Below, in pieces: positions 44,501 through 52,948 of a stretch of 64,000 nt of DNA. The first letter of the stretch is position 1. The number at the start of each line of letters is the position of its first letter. The notes under the pieces were generated by a model that was given only the letters and a program-made list of their open reading frames with translations, ran no database searches and had not been told where the DNA came from. The stretch covers positions 25,622 to 89,621 of the forward strand of contig MHBF01000019.1 of assembly GCA_001803225.1 (NCBI GenBank). The letters are read 5' to 3'. The translations under genes and the position numbers were made by a program. This DNA is from Lentisphaerae bacterium GWF2_44_16. Lineage in GTDB: Bacteria; Verrucomicrobiota; Lentisphaeria; Victivallales; GWF2-45-14.

Positions 44501-44556
44501 ATAACAATTTCCTATACAATTAAATTAATCTCTGCGGCAGGATTGTCAATCAGCAA
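44501..44556. repeat. Composite intergenic repeat: a 27-mer shared with 9402-9428 fused to a 30-mer shared with 49638-49667
   Basis: ATAACAATTTCCTATACAATTAAATTA (44501-44527) and AATCTCTGCGGCAGGATTGTCAATCAGCAA (44527-44556). The latter is identical to, and in the same orientation as, 49638-49667. Confidence 0.85.
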
Positions 44557-44648
44557 AGCTCAATGCGCCAGCTGGTTCCTGATCTGGAAAAGGCAAGATC
44601 GGCAATCTACTCCCTTAAAAAAAATTCCACCTTTTTCCAAATCTTTAC

Positions 44649-44700
44649 TTGACAGGCATGAATTACAGATGTAATCATTAGCATGGATTACAATTGTAAT
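44649..44700 (+). promoter_or_regulatory. blaI-like promoter region with two BlaI/MecI-type TACA/TGTA operator dyads
   Basis: TTGACA (44649-44654). Dyads ATTACAGATGTAAT (44662-44675) and ATTACAATTGTAAT (44687-44700, a perfect palindrome). GGAG at 44703-44706 and ATG at 44715. The half-sites match the known staphylococcal bla/mec operator core TTACAnnTGTAA. Confidence 0.65.
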
Positions 44701-44714
44701 TAGGAGTAGATTTG

Positions 44715-45089
44715 ATGAAAAATATCCCCAAAATAACAGCCGCTGAATACGAGATAATGAAAATACTTTGGGATAATTATCCATTAACCGCAAATAAGAT
44801 AATCGAAACCTTGTCTTCCAAAACGCATTGGACGTCCAAAACTGTCCGTACCCTGATAAACAGGCTTGTAAAGAAAAAAGCCATCAAATACGAACAGGAT
44901 GGAAAAAGCTATCTCTATTCACCTGCTGTTTGCAGGAGTGAATGTGTCGCGGAGGAAAGCGCATCCTTTCTGAATCGCATGTTCGATGGAGCTTTAATGC
45001 CAATGCTAACCCATTTTGTAAAATCTAAGAAACTGAAACCGGAAGATATCGAAAAGCTTAAGTCTATTTTGGAAAGCGGGGAGGATTGA
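44715..45089 (+). CDS. BlaI/MecI/CopY-family transcriptional repressor
   Basis: ATG at 44715; the track starts 3 nt earlier at a TTG. ITAAEYEIMKILWDNYPLTANKIIETLSSKTHWTSKTVRTLINRLVKKKAIKYEQDGKSYLYSP is the canonical winged-helix core. Confidence 0.85.
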   Translation: MKNIPKITAAEYEIMKILWDNYPLTANKIIETLSSKTHWTSKTVRTLINRLVKKKAIKYEQDGKSYLYSPAVCRSECVAEESASFLNRMFDGALMPMLTHFVKSKKLKPEDIEKLKSILESGED

Positions 45090-45093
45090 TTAT

Positions 45094-46593
45094 ATGGACT
45101 TTTTACTTCACTGGATTGCGGCAAGTGCCGTAAAAGGAACGGTACTGGCAATTATTTTTCTTGTAGCTCAGGTTCTCTTTTCTAAACATATGAAACCGAG
45201 GTGGAAATATTTTATATGGCTCCTCGTGGCGGCAAGACTGATCATGCCTCCGGTGTTCCCTACTGATTTCAGTTTCTACAACCTTGAAAAATTTTATGGA
45301 AATAATGTTAACAAGGCAGTTCCGGCAACAATATCCCAAACGATTCCCGGGGCAAGCCAGGCAATGCTTATGGTATATGGGGCTTTTCAGTCAAAAACAA
45401 ATAAAGGTTTTCCGATAAAACATCTGCTTTTTGCCACATGGTTTGCCGGGGCTTTTTCACTTCTTTCGATCGTCCTGGCAAAAAACTGGCTTATACTTTT
45501 TAAAATAAGACGGATACAACCCAATACACAACCGAAATATCTTGCCCTGCTTGATGATTGTAAGAGGGAATTCAAAATACATTCTTCGGTACCACTCATT
45601 GAAACCAACATTATAAACACCCCTGCCCTGTTTGGCGTCATCAGGCCACGCTTGCTCCTGCCTGAAGGACTTGTCGATAAAATTTCAATGAATGAATTAA
45701 GACAAATTTTCATACACGAGCTTATACACCTGAAAAGAATGGACATTCTAATTAATTGGCTAGTTACATTTATACAGGTTATCCAATGGTTCAATCCTTT
45801 TGCATGGCTGGCGTTCAGTAAACTGAGAGAAGCAAGAGAAGAGGCTTGCGATGAAGCGGCATTGACTTTCCTTGGAAAAGAAAAGTCTTTGCAATATGGG
45901 CAGACAATTATTAAACTCCTGCAGTTCTGCAATCCAGAAAAAAGCATTACAGGCATGGTTGGCGTTCTTGAAGACAACAAGCAAATTGCGAGAAGATTGA
46001 AAATGATAAAAAGCTTCCATCGCTCTTCAAAATCTGCAACTGCTTTTTCATTATTTACATTAATCTTTACGGGAACCGTTTTTCTGACAGAAGCGTCCGA
46101 GGTAAAAGCTTACTCGAAAAAACATGCGAAACGGAAATTAGTGTCAGTAATAAGAAAAGACTTGAAAGTCGTTTCCCATTCTCCATTAATCAAGATGGAA
46201 GTTTTAAAAACGCCGACATCTTTTAACGCTGAAGCGCCTTTGCCTGAAAAGCCATTGGACACAGAAGAAATCCTGATGAAAAAACTTGAATCGATTGTAC
46301 TTCCAAACATTAAAATCGAAGAAATGGAATTGCCTGCCGCTCTAACGTTCCTTGAAGAAACTTCGAAAAAACATGATCCTGATGGCGGTGGAGTTGGCTT
46401 TGCCCTCCGGCTTAATGAAGAGCAATATACAAATATCCCGAAAATCTCAATTGTCAGCGATAATATAACTCTGAAAACCGCTATTAAAAATATATGTGAA
46501 AGTAGCGATCTGAAATGGGATATTAAAAAAGGCGTCATTCATATTTATCCACATGAAGAGCAGTCTTCAACAGAAGCTTTAGCAGCAAAATAG
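45094..46593 (+). CDS. M56-family (BlaR1-like) membrane metalloprotease / signal transducer with a non-PBP ectodomain
   Basis: 499 aa, starting 4 nt after the blaI-like stop. RWKYFIWLLVAARLIMPP, HELIHLKRMD (HExxH) and EACDEAAL are present. The C-terminal part of about 160 aa (IVLPNIKIEEMELPAALTFLEETSKK...ITLKTAIKNICESSDLKWDIKKGVIHIY) is too short and too unlike a penicillin-binding sensor domain. Confidence 0.75.
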   Translation: MDFLLHWIAASAVKGTVLAIIFLVAQVLFSKHMKPRWKYFIWLLVAARLIMPPVFPTDFSFYNLEKFYGNNVNKAVPATISQTIPGASQAMLMVYGAFQSKTNKGFPIKHLLFATWFAGAFSLLSIVLAKNWLILFKIRRIQPNTQPKYLALLDDCKREFKIHSSVPLIETNIINTPALFGVIRPRLLLPEGLVDKISMNELRQIFIHELIHLKRMDILINWLVTFIQVIQWFNPFAWLAFSKLREAREEACDEAALTFLGKEKSLQYGQTIIKLLQFCNPEKSITGMVGVLEDNKQIARRLKMIKSFHRSSKSATAFSLFTLIFTGTVFLTEASEVKAYSKKHAKRKLVSVIRKDLKVVSHSPLIKMEVLKTPTSFNAEAPLPEKPLDTEEILMKKLESIVLPNIKIEEMELPAALTFLEETSKKHDPDGGGVGFALRLNEEQYTNIPKISIVSDNITLKTAIKNICESSDLKWDIKKGVIHIYPHEEQSSTEALAAK

Positions 46594-46686
46594 CAAATGG
46601 CCCGTTTACTGTTAAAATTCAGTATAGATAAAGAATCAGGACTGCCGGAAAATTTAAATTATTTTGAAAAAAAAGGAGATTGACTC

Positions 46687-47292
46687 ATGAACAGAAAACA
46701 AAACAGCCTGGGAAAAAAACGGAAAACTAAGCGCCTGGCTTTGGAAGGAATAATTGTTTTTATAGCAGCATTGTTCATTTTCAGCATAATGACTAATCGT
46801 GATCCCGAAGAAAAAAAAGAGGAACACATAAAAAATTCTGTTTTGTCTCTGGTTAATAAAGAAGGTGAAACTGCCTCAGACATAGCCCAAGAGGGCATAG
46901 ATAATCTGATTTGCAAAAAAAATCGTAAAATATCAGAAGAACAACTGAAAGAAATCAATATGCAAATGAACAATATTTCCCCTGAAACAAGGACGCGTCT
47001 TGTAAAAGATATAATACAGACACGAATTGAAAAATTGAGGACTAAAATAGAAAATATGACGCAGGAGGAAAAGGAACAGTTACTTGAAGAAACATTAGGA
47101 AAGGTCCGTGACAGTTTCAACAATATGGATGAAAGAGAAAAAGGAAAACTTAGAGAACATATGAAATCAGAAGCGGGAAAACAGGATGTAAAAGAAGCTC
47201 TGAAGTTTTACCACGACAAGTTTTCATCCCAAGAACGGCAAAAAGCCGATCCGGTAATGTATGAAATTGTAAAAAATCTCAATGCTATTTGA
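46687..47292 (+). CDS. Hypothetical single-pass membrane protein with a Lys/Glu-rich helical domain
   Basis: 201 aa. GGAG 8 nt upstream of the ATG. Basic N-terminus, then the TM segment GIIVFIAALFIFSIM. No recognisable family. Confidence 0.45.
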   Translation: MNRKQNSLGKKRKTKRLALEGIIVFIAALFIFSIMTNRDPEEKKEEHIKNSVLSLVNKEGETASDIAQEGIDNLICKKNRKISEEQLKEINMQMNNISPETRTRLVKDIIQTRIEKLRTKIENMTQEEKEQLLEETLGKVRDSFNNMDEREKGKLREHMKSEAGKQDVKEALKFYHDKFSSQERQKADPVMYEIVKNLNAI

Positions 47293-47316
47293 CAAAAGAA
47301 GTTCAGCAGGCATAAA

Positions 47317-47832
47317 ATGAAAAAGTTATTCACGCTTGTAGAATTGCTCGTTGTGATTGCTATTATCGCTCTTTTGGGCGGTAGTGTTCTGTTTGCGGTT
47401 AAAAATTCAAGAGCACAAGCTAAAAAAACTTCCTGTCTGAGTAACCTCAAACAAATTGGGCTTCTGATAACCCAGTACGCCAATGATTACGAAGGAAGGC
47501 TTCCAATTGCACTTAGAATTGGCGAGAATTTCGATGATCCATACAGCATACCAAATCTTGTCAGCCCTGACAATAAAAAGCCCTTCATGTGCCCGTCTGA
47601 TATACGTACGGCATACGAAGGAAAAAACTATTTCAACATGTACGGCACAAGTTATGAATGGGATTCATGGTACAACGGCAGAAAAATAGAGGAGATAAGA
47701 ATAGAACTGACCGGTCAGAAATACCTCACTCCGCTTATGCTCGACGCCGAGAATTTCCATGGTACGTTGGGCAAAAACTATCTTTATTCCGACGGAAGAG
47801 TAACAAGAAAGATGGAGGACCCGATACAGTAA
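47317..47832 (+). CDS. Pilin-like protein with a prepilin-type N-terminal helix (DUF1559-like, short form)
   Basis: 171 aa. MKKLFTLVELLVVIAIIALLGG...AKKTSCLSNLKQIGLLITQYANDYEGRLP. The C-terminal NFHGTLGKNYLYSDGRV is H-X10-DG, close to the H-X9-DG motif. Confidence 0.7.
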   Translation: MKKLFTLVELLVVIAIIALLGGSVLFAVKNSRAQAKKTSCLSNLKQIGLLITQYANDYEGRLPIALRIGENFDDPYSIPNLVSPDNKKPFMCPSDIRTAYEGKNYFNMYGTSYEWDSWYNGRKIEEIRIELTGQKYLTPLMLDAENFHGTLGKNYLYSDGRVTRKMEDPIQ

Positions 47833-47833
47833 A

Positions 47834-48757
47834 ATGGCGATAAAAGCAAAAAACATTTCAAAGAGCTTTGGAAAACTCAAGGTACTAGAAAGTCTTGAAC
47901 TAAATATCCAAAAAGGTTCAGTGCATGGTTTTCTGGGCCCAAACGGAGCGGGCAAAACGACCGTAATCAGAATACTCTTGGGCCTGCTCTCACCGGATAC
48001 AGCTGAAATAGAAATCATGGGACACGATCTTTTTCTGCAAAGAGACTTGATCATGTCAAAAGTCGGCGCAATCGTTGAATATCCAGCCTTTTTTGAATAT
48101 TTGACAGCCTATGAAAATCTCCTCTACCTTTCTAGATTATCTTTCCACAAAATCAATAAAGCAACAATAGAAAACGCATTAAAAATAGCGGGATTAACAG
48201 AGGTTAAGAATAAAAAAGTGCTGGAATTCTCATACGGCATGAAACAGAGGCTGGGCATAGCTCTGGCAATGCTTCCGGATAATGAGTTGATTTTTCTTGA
48301 TGAACCGGCTAACGGACTTGACCCCTACGGCATCGTAGATATGAGAAAACTTATCAGAACGCTTTCCGAAGAATACGGCATTACCATATTCATTTCAAGC
48401 CACCTGCTTTCTGAAGTAGAACAGACCTGTGATTTTGTTACCATTATAGATAAAGGAAAAAAGGTATGCGAAGATAAAGTTGCCGACTTGATGAGAAAAC
48501 ATGAAAGCCTTGAAATTATTACGCCTGACAAAGAAAAATTCATGGCTTTTGCAACTAACCAAAATTTGAAAATTATTTATGAAGCGAAAGAAAAATACGG
48601 CATAAAATATTTTGTGGAAGGAAGAGAAGAACAAATTCCGGAACTTACAAAGAAGCTTATAAATAACAATATAAGAGTTTTCAAAACCGCAAAACATCAA
48701 AAGATATTGGAGGACATTTTTGTTGAAGTTACAAGTTCTAAAAATGCAGGCAACTGA
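47834..48757 (+). CDS. ABC transporter ATP-binding protein
   Basis: 307 aa, starting 1 nt after the pilin-like stop. Walker A GPNGAGKTT, signature-like FSYGMKQRL, Walker B LIFLDEPANGLD. Confidence 0.85.
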   Translation: MAIKAKNISKSFGKLKVLESLELNIQKGSVHGFLGPNGAGKTTVIRILLGLLSPDTAEIEIMGHDLFLQRDLIMSKVGAIVEYPAFFEYLTAYENLLYLSRLSFHKINKATIENALKIAGLTEVKNKKVLEFSYGMKQRLGIALAMLPDNELIFLDEPANGLDPYGIVDMRKLIRTLSEEYGITIFISSHLLSEVEQTCDFVTIIDKGKKVCEDKVADLMRKHESLEIITPDKEKFMAFATNQNLKIIYEAKEKYGIKYFVEGREEQIPELTKKLINNNIRVFKTAKHQKILEDIFVEVTSSKNAGN

Positions 48758-49583
48758 TCTGATCAGGCTTGAACTGGTAAAGAACATCAGACAGAAATAT
48801 TTTCTGGCCGGCTCTGGCTTAATACTCTTCTATACAGTATTAAGCTGTTTAGGCTTTATCACACACCGATTGATAAATAAAAACAATAAATTTGATGGCA
48901 TTTTCATTTCGGAACTTATGAACGGCATAACTTTTTCCATGTACTGTCTTGTGCCCGGTATTTACATGCTCATGCCTATGATCTTAGCCATCTTTACGGC
49001 AAGCAGTTTAGCGGGAGAGTTTCAAAATGGACAGTTGCGAACAACCCTTCTGCGTCCTGTTTCAAGATGGAAAATATTCCTCTGCAAATTCATATCAATG
49101 GGCCTGTACTCATTTACCATGTTTGCCATCCTTTTAACTGCCAGCTACCTTCTGGGAGCAATAATATTCGCCCCCAGCGGAGATGTAATAATATTGGGGC
49201 AGGTATTCCTTGGGGAAAATTCGATATTCATCTTGAAAGAATCAATTGCCTTACAACGCATGCTTATGTCTTATGCACTAGCATTTTTTTCATCGATATA
49301 TCTTGTAGCAATGTATATGATGGTAGCCGCCCTCACCAAAAAGGTTGCACACACAATAGTTGTTTCACTGGGAGTGTACTACACGAGTTACATACTTTTA
49401 TCAATACCTTTCATGAAATATATTCATCCTTTTCTCCCTACAAAATATCTTGCGGTTTGGCGATACCCGGTAATAGAAAATATCCCATGGGAACGCTTGA
49501 CATATGACATATTGATAGACACAGGATACATGTTTGCCTATATTGTAGTTGGAGTAATTTTATTCAATAATTCAGACGTTTAA
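48744..49583 (+). CDS. ABC-2-type transporter permease
   Basis: Start taken at the ATG at 48744 (MQATDLIRLELVKNIRQK), overlapping the ATPase gene end by 14 nt. About six TM segments. Confidence 0.6.
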   Translation: MQATDLIRLELVKNIRQKYFLAGSGLILFYTVLSCLGFITHRLINKNNKFDGIFISELMNGITFSMYCLVPGIYMLMPMILAIFTASSLAGEFQNGQLRTTLLRPVSRWKIFLCKFISMGLYSFTMFAILLTASYLLGAIIFAPSGDVIILGQVFLGENSIFILKESIALQRMLMSYALAFFSSIYLVAMYMMVAALTKKVAHTIVVSLGVYYTSYILLSIPFMKYIHPFLPTKYLAVWRYPVIENIPWERLTYDILIDTGYMFAYIVVGVILFNNSDV

Positions 49584-49637
49584 TTAAAAAATCGTGTAAA
49601 ACACAACAACTGCCAATAAAAAAAACTAAATTTAAAT

Positions 49638-49667
49638 AATCTCTGCGGCAGGATTGTCAATCAGCAA
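49638..49667. repeat. 30-mer direct repeat, the right-hand copy of 44527-44556
   Basis: AATCTCTGCGGCAGGATTGTCAATCAGCAA is identical to 44527-44556 and in the same orientation. Weaker similarity continues for about 13 nt (TCCCTAATGCTCC versus AGCTCAATGCGCC). It lies between the convergent stops of the permease and the AraC gene. Confidence 0.85.
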
Positions 49668-49670
49668 TCC

Positions 49671-50519
49671 CTAATGCTCCCGGCGGTTTCTTGCGCGGAA
49701 AAGGCTTGGTGAAAGGCCAAGCTTATTTTTGAAAATACGACTGAAATAAAATTGATCTCCAAAGCCGGTCAGGGAAGCTATTTTATGAATGCACGCGTCA
49801 CCAATCAGCAGTTCCTGCGCGCGGCTTAAACGGAAATTCAGAACATATTGATTGGGCGATATACCTGAGGCTTCCTGAAAAACTTTGAAAAAGCGCGACA
49901 CAGACAATCCCGCCAGTTCCGCAAGTTTGTCAACGGGAATCTGCTCCTGAAAATTCTGATGAATATACTCAAATACCGTCTGAAGCCTGTTGTAATGCTC
50001 AAGACGCGCCAGAGCATCCGCCTTGAGAGTGGAGAGCAGTATTATTTTTTCAAGCAGCCGCATGCCGATACCGGCCCTGAGAGTCGCGCTCAGAAGAAAA
50101 TTTTCCTGAGCTTCCGCCGCAAACAATTCTCTATTGAGTTCTCCTATGAAATCGCCGATTTTTCTGTCCATGACAAAAGGAGTCTCAAGCAGTACCAAGG
50201 GGTCTTGTCCTCCCATTATGGCGAAACGGAAAGAAATACCGCGCCGTCTGGTCTTTCCGACATCCGGATTCATTGACCGGTAAAGTATTCCCGCGCGAAT
50301 CAGGACAGCGCTTCCGGCACGGGCTTCCTGTTCTTTTGCGCCTTTGTGCTGAAAAATCTGATCGCCGCCGATATACTGATTTATCGCGTGAAGCGCGCGC
50401 CTGATATATGTGCGGCTCTCATGATGCGGACGCAAGAGCACATGGGAAGGCGCCAGGTATTCCGTCCGCATACTGCGCAGAATAATGTCAATGGTTTTCG
50501 TTTCGGGCTTCATACTCAA
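49671..50519 (-). CDS. AraC-family transcriptional regulator
   Basis: 282 aa. C-terminal double HTH: LAELAGLSVSRFFKVFQEASGISPNQYVLNFRLSRAQELL...IASLTGFGDQFYFSRIFKNKLGLSP. Confidence 0.85.
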   Translation of the reverse strand: MSMKPETKTIDIILRSMRTEYLAPSHVLLRPHHESRTYIRRALHAINQYIGGDQIFQHKGAKEQEARAGSAVLIRAGILYRSMNPDVGKTRRRGISFRFAIMGGQDPLVLLETPFVMDRKIGDFIGELNRELFAAEAQENFLLSATLRAGIGMRLLEKIILLSTLKADALARLEHYNRLQTVFEYIHQNFQEQIPVDKLAELAGLSVSRFFKVFQEASGISPNQYVLNFRLSRAQELLIGDACIHKIASLTGFGDQFYFSRIFKNKLGLSPSLFRARNRREH

Positions 50520-50607
50520 ATATACATTAAAACAGTAGTTTTGTCCATGTATATGGATATTTTTTCAGTATATAATATCAATCATAAATCAAAAGGAGAA
50601 TAGAAAA

Positions 50608-51717
50608 ATGCAAATAGATAAAATCAGTGTCTATCGTGTAAGAACGCCGCTCCTGACCCCTTTCAGGACGGCATTCGGGAACGATGCCGAAATAGAAGCG
50701 ATTATGGTAAGGATTGTTTCCGGCGACAATTACGCGTGGGGAGAAGCTTCGCCATGGGAATATCCCGCGTATTCATCTGAATCCGGCGCGGGCTGTTTTC
50801 TTGCCGCGACAAAATTCATGGCGCCGTTATTGCTGGGAAAAAACATAAATTCCGGCGATGAGTTACAAAAGGTTTTGAGCTGCATAAAAGGCAATCAATT
50901 CGCCAAGGCCGCTTTTGATCTGGCCTGGTGGAATTTACAGGCAAAACTTGATAATCTGCCTCTATGGAAAAAGATCGGCGGCAAATCCCCCGATGTTGAC
51001 TGCGGCGAAGATTTCGGAGTGGAAGAATCTATAGAAATACTTCTGGAGAGAATGGACGGCGCGGCAGCGGCAGGTTTCAAGCGGATAAAATTGAAATACC
51101 GTCCGGGTTGGGAGCTGAACATGCTCAAACCGGTACGAGAGCGCTTCCCTTCTCTCCCGATTCACATCGACTGCAACAGCGCTTACACTCTGAAAGACAT
51201 TGATATGTTTAAAGAGCTCGATAAGTTCAATCTGGAAATGATAGAACAGCCCCTGATGCACGATGATCTGCTCTGCCACGCCGAATTACAGAAGCAGTTG
51301 AAAACGCCAATCTGCCTCGACGAAAGCATAACGTCCCCTGAAAAAGCGGAAAAAGCAGTCAAGCTCGGGGCCTGTGGATTTATCAATATCAAACCCGGCC
51401 GTGTCGGTGGAATCACGAACGCCCTGAAAATACACGATATAGCGCAAGCCGCGGGCATTCCATGCTGGATCGGCGGTATGCTCGAATCATCCGTCGGCGC
51501 CCATTTCTGCATCGCGCTGGCGACGCTTCCAAACATCAAATATCCGTCCGACATATTCGCTACTGACCGTTTCTGGGCACGGGATTTGGGCAAACCACAG
51601 ATGAAACTTTCAGGAAAGTCGAAATTCCGCGCGCCGGACACAATAGGAGCGGGCGCAGAGCCGGACGCCGAATACATGCTCGAAAGAATACAGGAAGTCC
51701 GTCATTTCACTAAATAG
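50608..51717 (+). CDS. Enolase-superfamily enzyme of the o-succinylbenzoate synthase / N-acylamino-acid racemase subgroup
   Basis: 369 aa. AAGGAG SD. ISVYRVRTPLLTPFRTAFG, RIKLKYRPGWE, IHIDCNSAYT, MIEQPL, ICLDESI, INIKPGRVGG and GGMLESSVG are present. The catalytic K-x-K / D / E / D / K positions are all there. Confidence 0.8.
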   Translation: MQIDKISVYRVRTPLLTPFRTAFGNDAEIEAIMVRIVSGDNYAWGEASPWEYPAYSSESGAGCFLAATKFMAPLLLGKNINSGDELQKVLSCIKGNQFAKAAFDLAWWNLQAKLDNLPLWKKIGGKSPDVDCGEDFGVEESIEILLERMDGAAAAGFKRIKLKYRPGWELNMLKPVRERFPSLPIHIDCNSAYTLKDIDMFKELDKFNLEMIEQPLMHDDLLCHAELQKQLKTPICLDESITSPEKAEKAVKLGACGFINIKPGRVGGITNALKIHDIAQAAGIPCWIGGMLESSVGAHFCIALATLPNIKYPSDIFATDRFWARDLGKPQMKLSGKSKFRAPDTIGAGAEPDAEYMLERIQEVRHFTK

Positions 51718-51816
51718 CAGAGATAATTCATTAGTTCAGAATACATGGAATAAGGCTTTGCGTGATGAAAGATTACGAAAACTGGACATAATTTCCGCCT
51801 TTTTTCCCAAAAGCTC

Positions 51817-51873
51817 TTGACAGAAGGCGGAAAATATATTAAAATGTAATGCATTACATAATCGATTACATAA
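51817..51873 (+). promoter_or_regulatory. Promoter plus LacI-type palindromic operator upstream of the LacI-family gene
   Basis: TTGACA (51817-51822), 17 nt, TAAAAT (51840-51845). The perfect 14-bp palindrome TGTAATGCATTACA (51845-51858) follows at once. Next to it is TAATCGATTA within the direct repeat ATTACATAA(51853-51861)/ATTACATAA(51865-51873). The -35 lies inside the inverted repeat TTCCGCCTT...AAGGCGGAA. Confidence 0.6.
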
Positions 51874-51895
51874 CATTTTATCCAGGTGTCTTAAA

Positions 51896-52948
51896 ATGGC
51901 GGAAGCTTCAATAAAGCGTATTGCCGAACTTGCGGGAGTATCATCCGCTACAGTATCCCGCTGTCTTGATCCGAGGCACTCAAGCAGTGTTCTGGAAAAA
52001 AAGCGCACGAAGATTCTAGGGATTCAGAAAAAGCTCGGATATGAAACCAATGTTTTCGCAAGGAAATTAAGAAGAAAATGCACTGAAACGATAACGCTGG
52101 TACTCCCCCTGAGCGTTTTTGAAAATCCTGCCTATCCTGATTTTTCAGGACACAATACCAAACTGTTTTTCGAGATAATAAAGGGCGTTACGATGGAGGC
52201 CCAGAAATGCGGATATGACATAAAAATGCTTCCTTTGTTTGATGACAGCCCTGAAACCCTGAAAAACGCGGTCGCAAAAGCAGGGTTTCCATATTCGGAC
52301 GGAGTAATCCTCGCTGGAATACATGAACTGGAAAAACTCCATTCAGCTATTAAGGAAAAACAAATCCCTGTCATTGTCGCCGGAACGCATATAGCTGAAA
52401 TGAACAATATCACCCAGGTCGCTTCAAATCCCCAAAGCGCGATAGACGAAGCACTGAAACATCTTTATAAAAAAGGCCACAGAAAAATAGCCTTCGCCGC
52501 CCCTGAAAAAGTAAATGCCGTTAATGAAGAAAATTCCTCCATCGTCCAAAGATTCACTTTATTCAGAAATACTCTTATGAATCTGAATACATATAACGAA
52601 AAACTGATTTTGGCGTTTGAAGATGAAATTTCCGTCCGCAAATGGCTGGCTGAAAATTATAAGAAGCTTCCGTTTACCGCGCTTCTCTGCTGCAATGACG
52701 CCATGGCATTCAGGTTTATCAGGGAACTTGAAGCCCTGAACTTGTCCGTTCCGAAAGATTTGGCAATCATAGGCTATGACAATAACAGCGTTTACACTGA
52801 AGAAAATGGATTGAGCACGGTAGCGATACCTCACTATGAAATAGGCTCCGAAGCCCTGAAAGCAATTGTCCAGATGATTGAAACAAAAAGAGACATTAAC
52901 GGAAATATCATTCTCCCCGCGAAATTCATAAAAGGAAAGACCTCATGA
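51896..52948 (+). CDS. LacI-family transcriptional regulator
   Basis: 350 aa. IKRIAELAGVSSATVSRCL HTH followed by a periplasmic-binding-protein-like sugar-binding fold. The stop overlaps the start of the next gene (ATGA at 52945-52948). Confidence 0.85.
   Translation: MAEASIKRIAELAGVSSATVSRCLDPRHSSSVLEKKRTKILGIQKKLGYETNVFARKLRRKCTETITLVLPLSVFENPAYPDFSGHNTKLFFEIIKGVTMEAQKCGYDIKMLPLFDDSPETLKNAVAKAGFPYSDGVILAGIHELEKLHSAIKEKQIPVIVAGTHIAEMNNITQVASNPQSAIDEALKHLYKKGHRKIAFAAPEKVNAVNEENSSIVQRFTLFRNTLMNLNTYNEKLILAFEDEISVRKWLAENYKKLPFTALLCCNDAMAFRFIRELEALNLSVPKDLAIIGYDNNSVYTEENGLSTVAIPHYEIGSEALKAIVQMIETKRDINGNIILPAKFIKGKTS

Noticed and set aside
45094-46593. Calling the M56 protein a beta-lactam sensor (BlaR1/MecR1 proper).
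   Set aside because: The extracytoplasmic C-terminal region is only about 160 aa and lacks a penicillin-binding transpeptidase-like domain. It is kept as a generic M56 signal transducer.
46659-47123. 154-aa minus-strand ORF competing with the 201-aa plus-strand ORF 46687-47292.
   Set aside because: The plus-strand ORF has GGAG 8 nt before its ATG and sits co-directionally in the operon. The minus-strand product is Ser/Phe/Ile-rich, as expected for the antisense of a Lys/Glu-rich gene.
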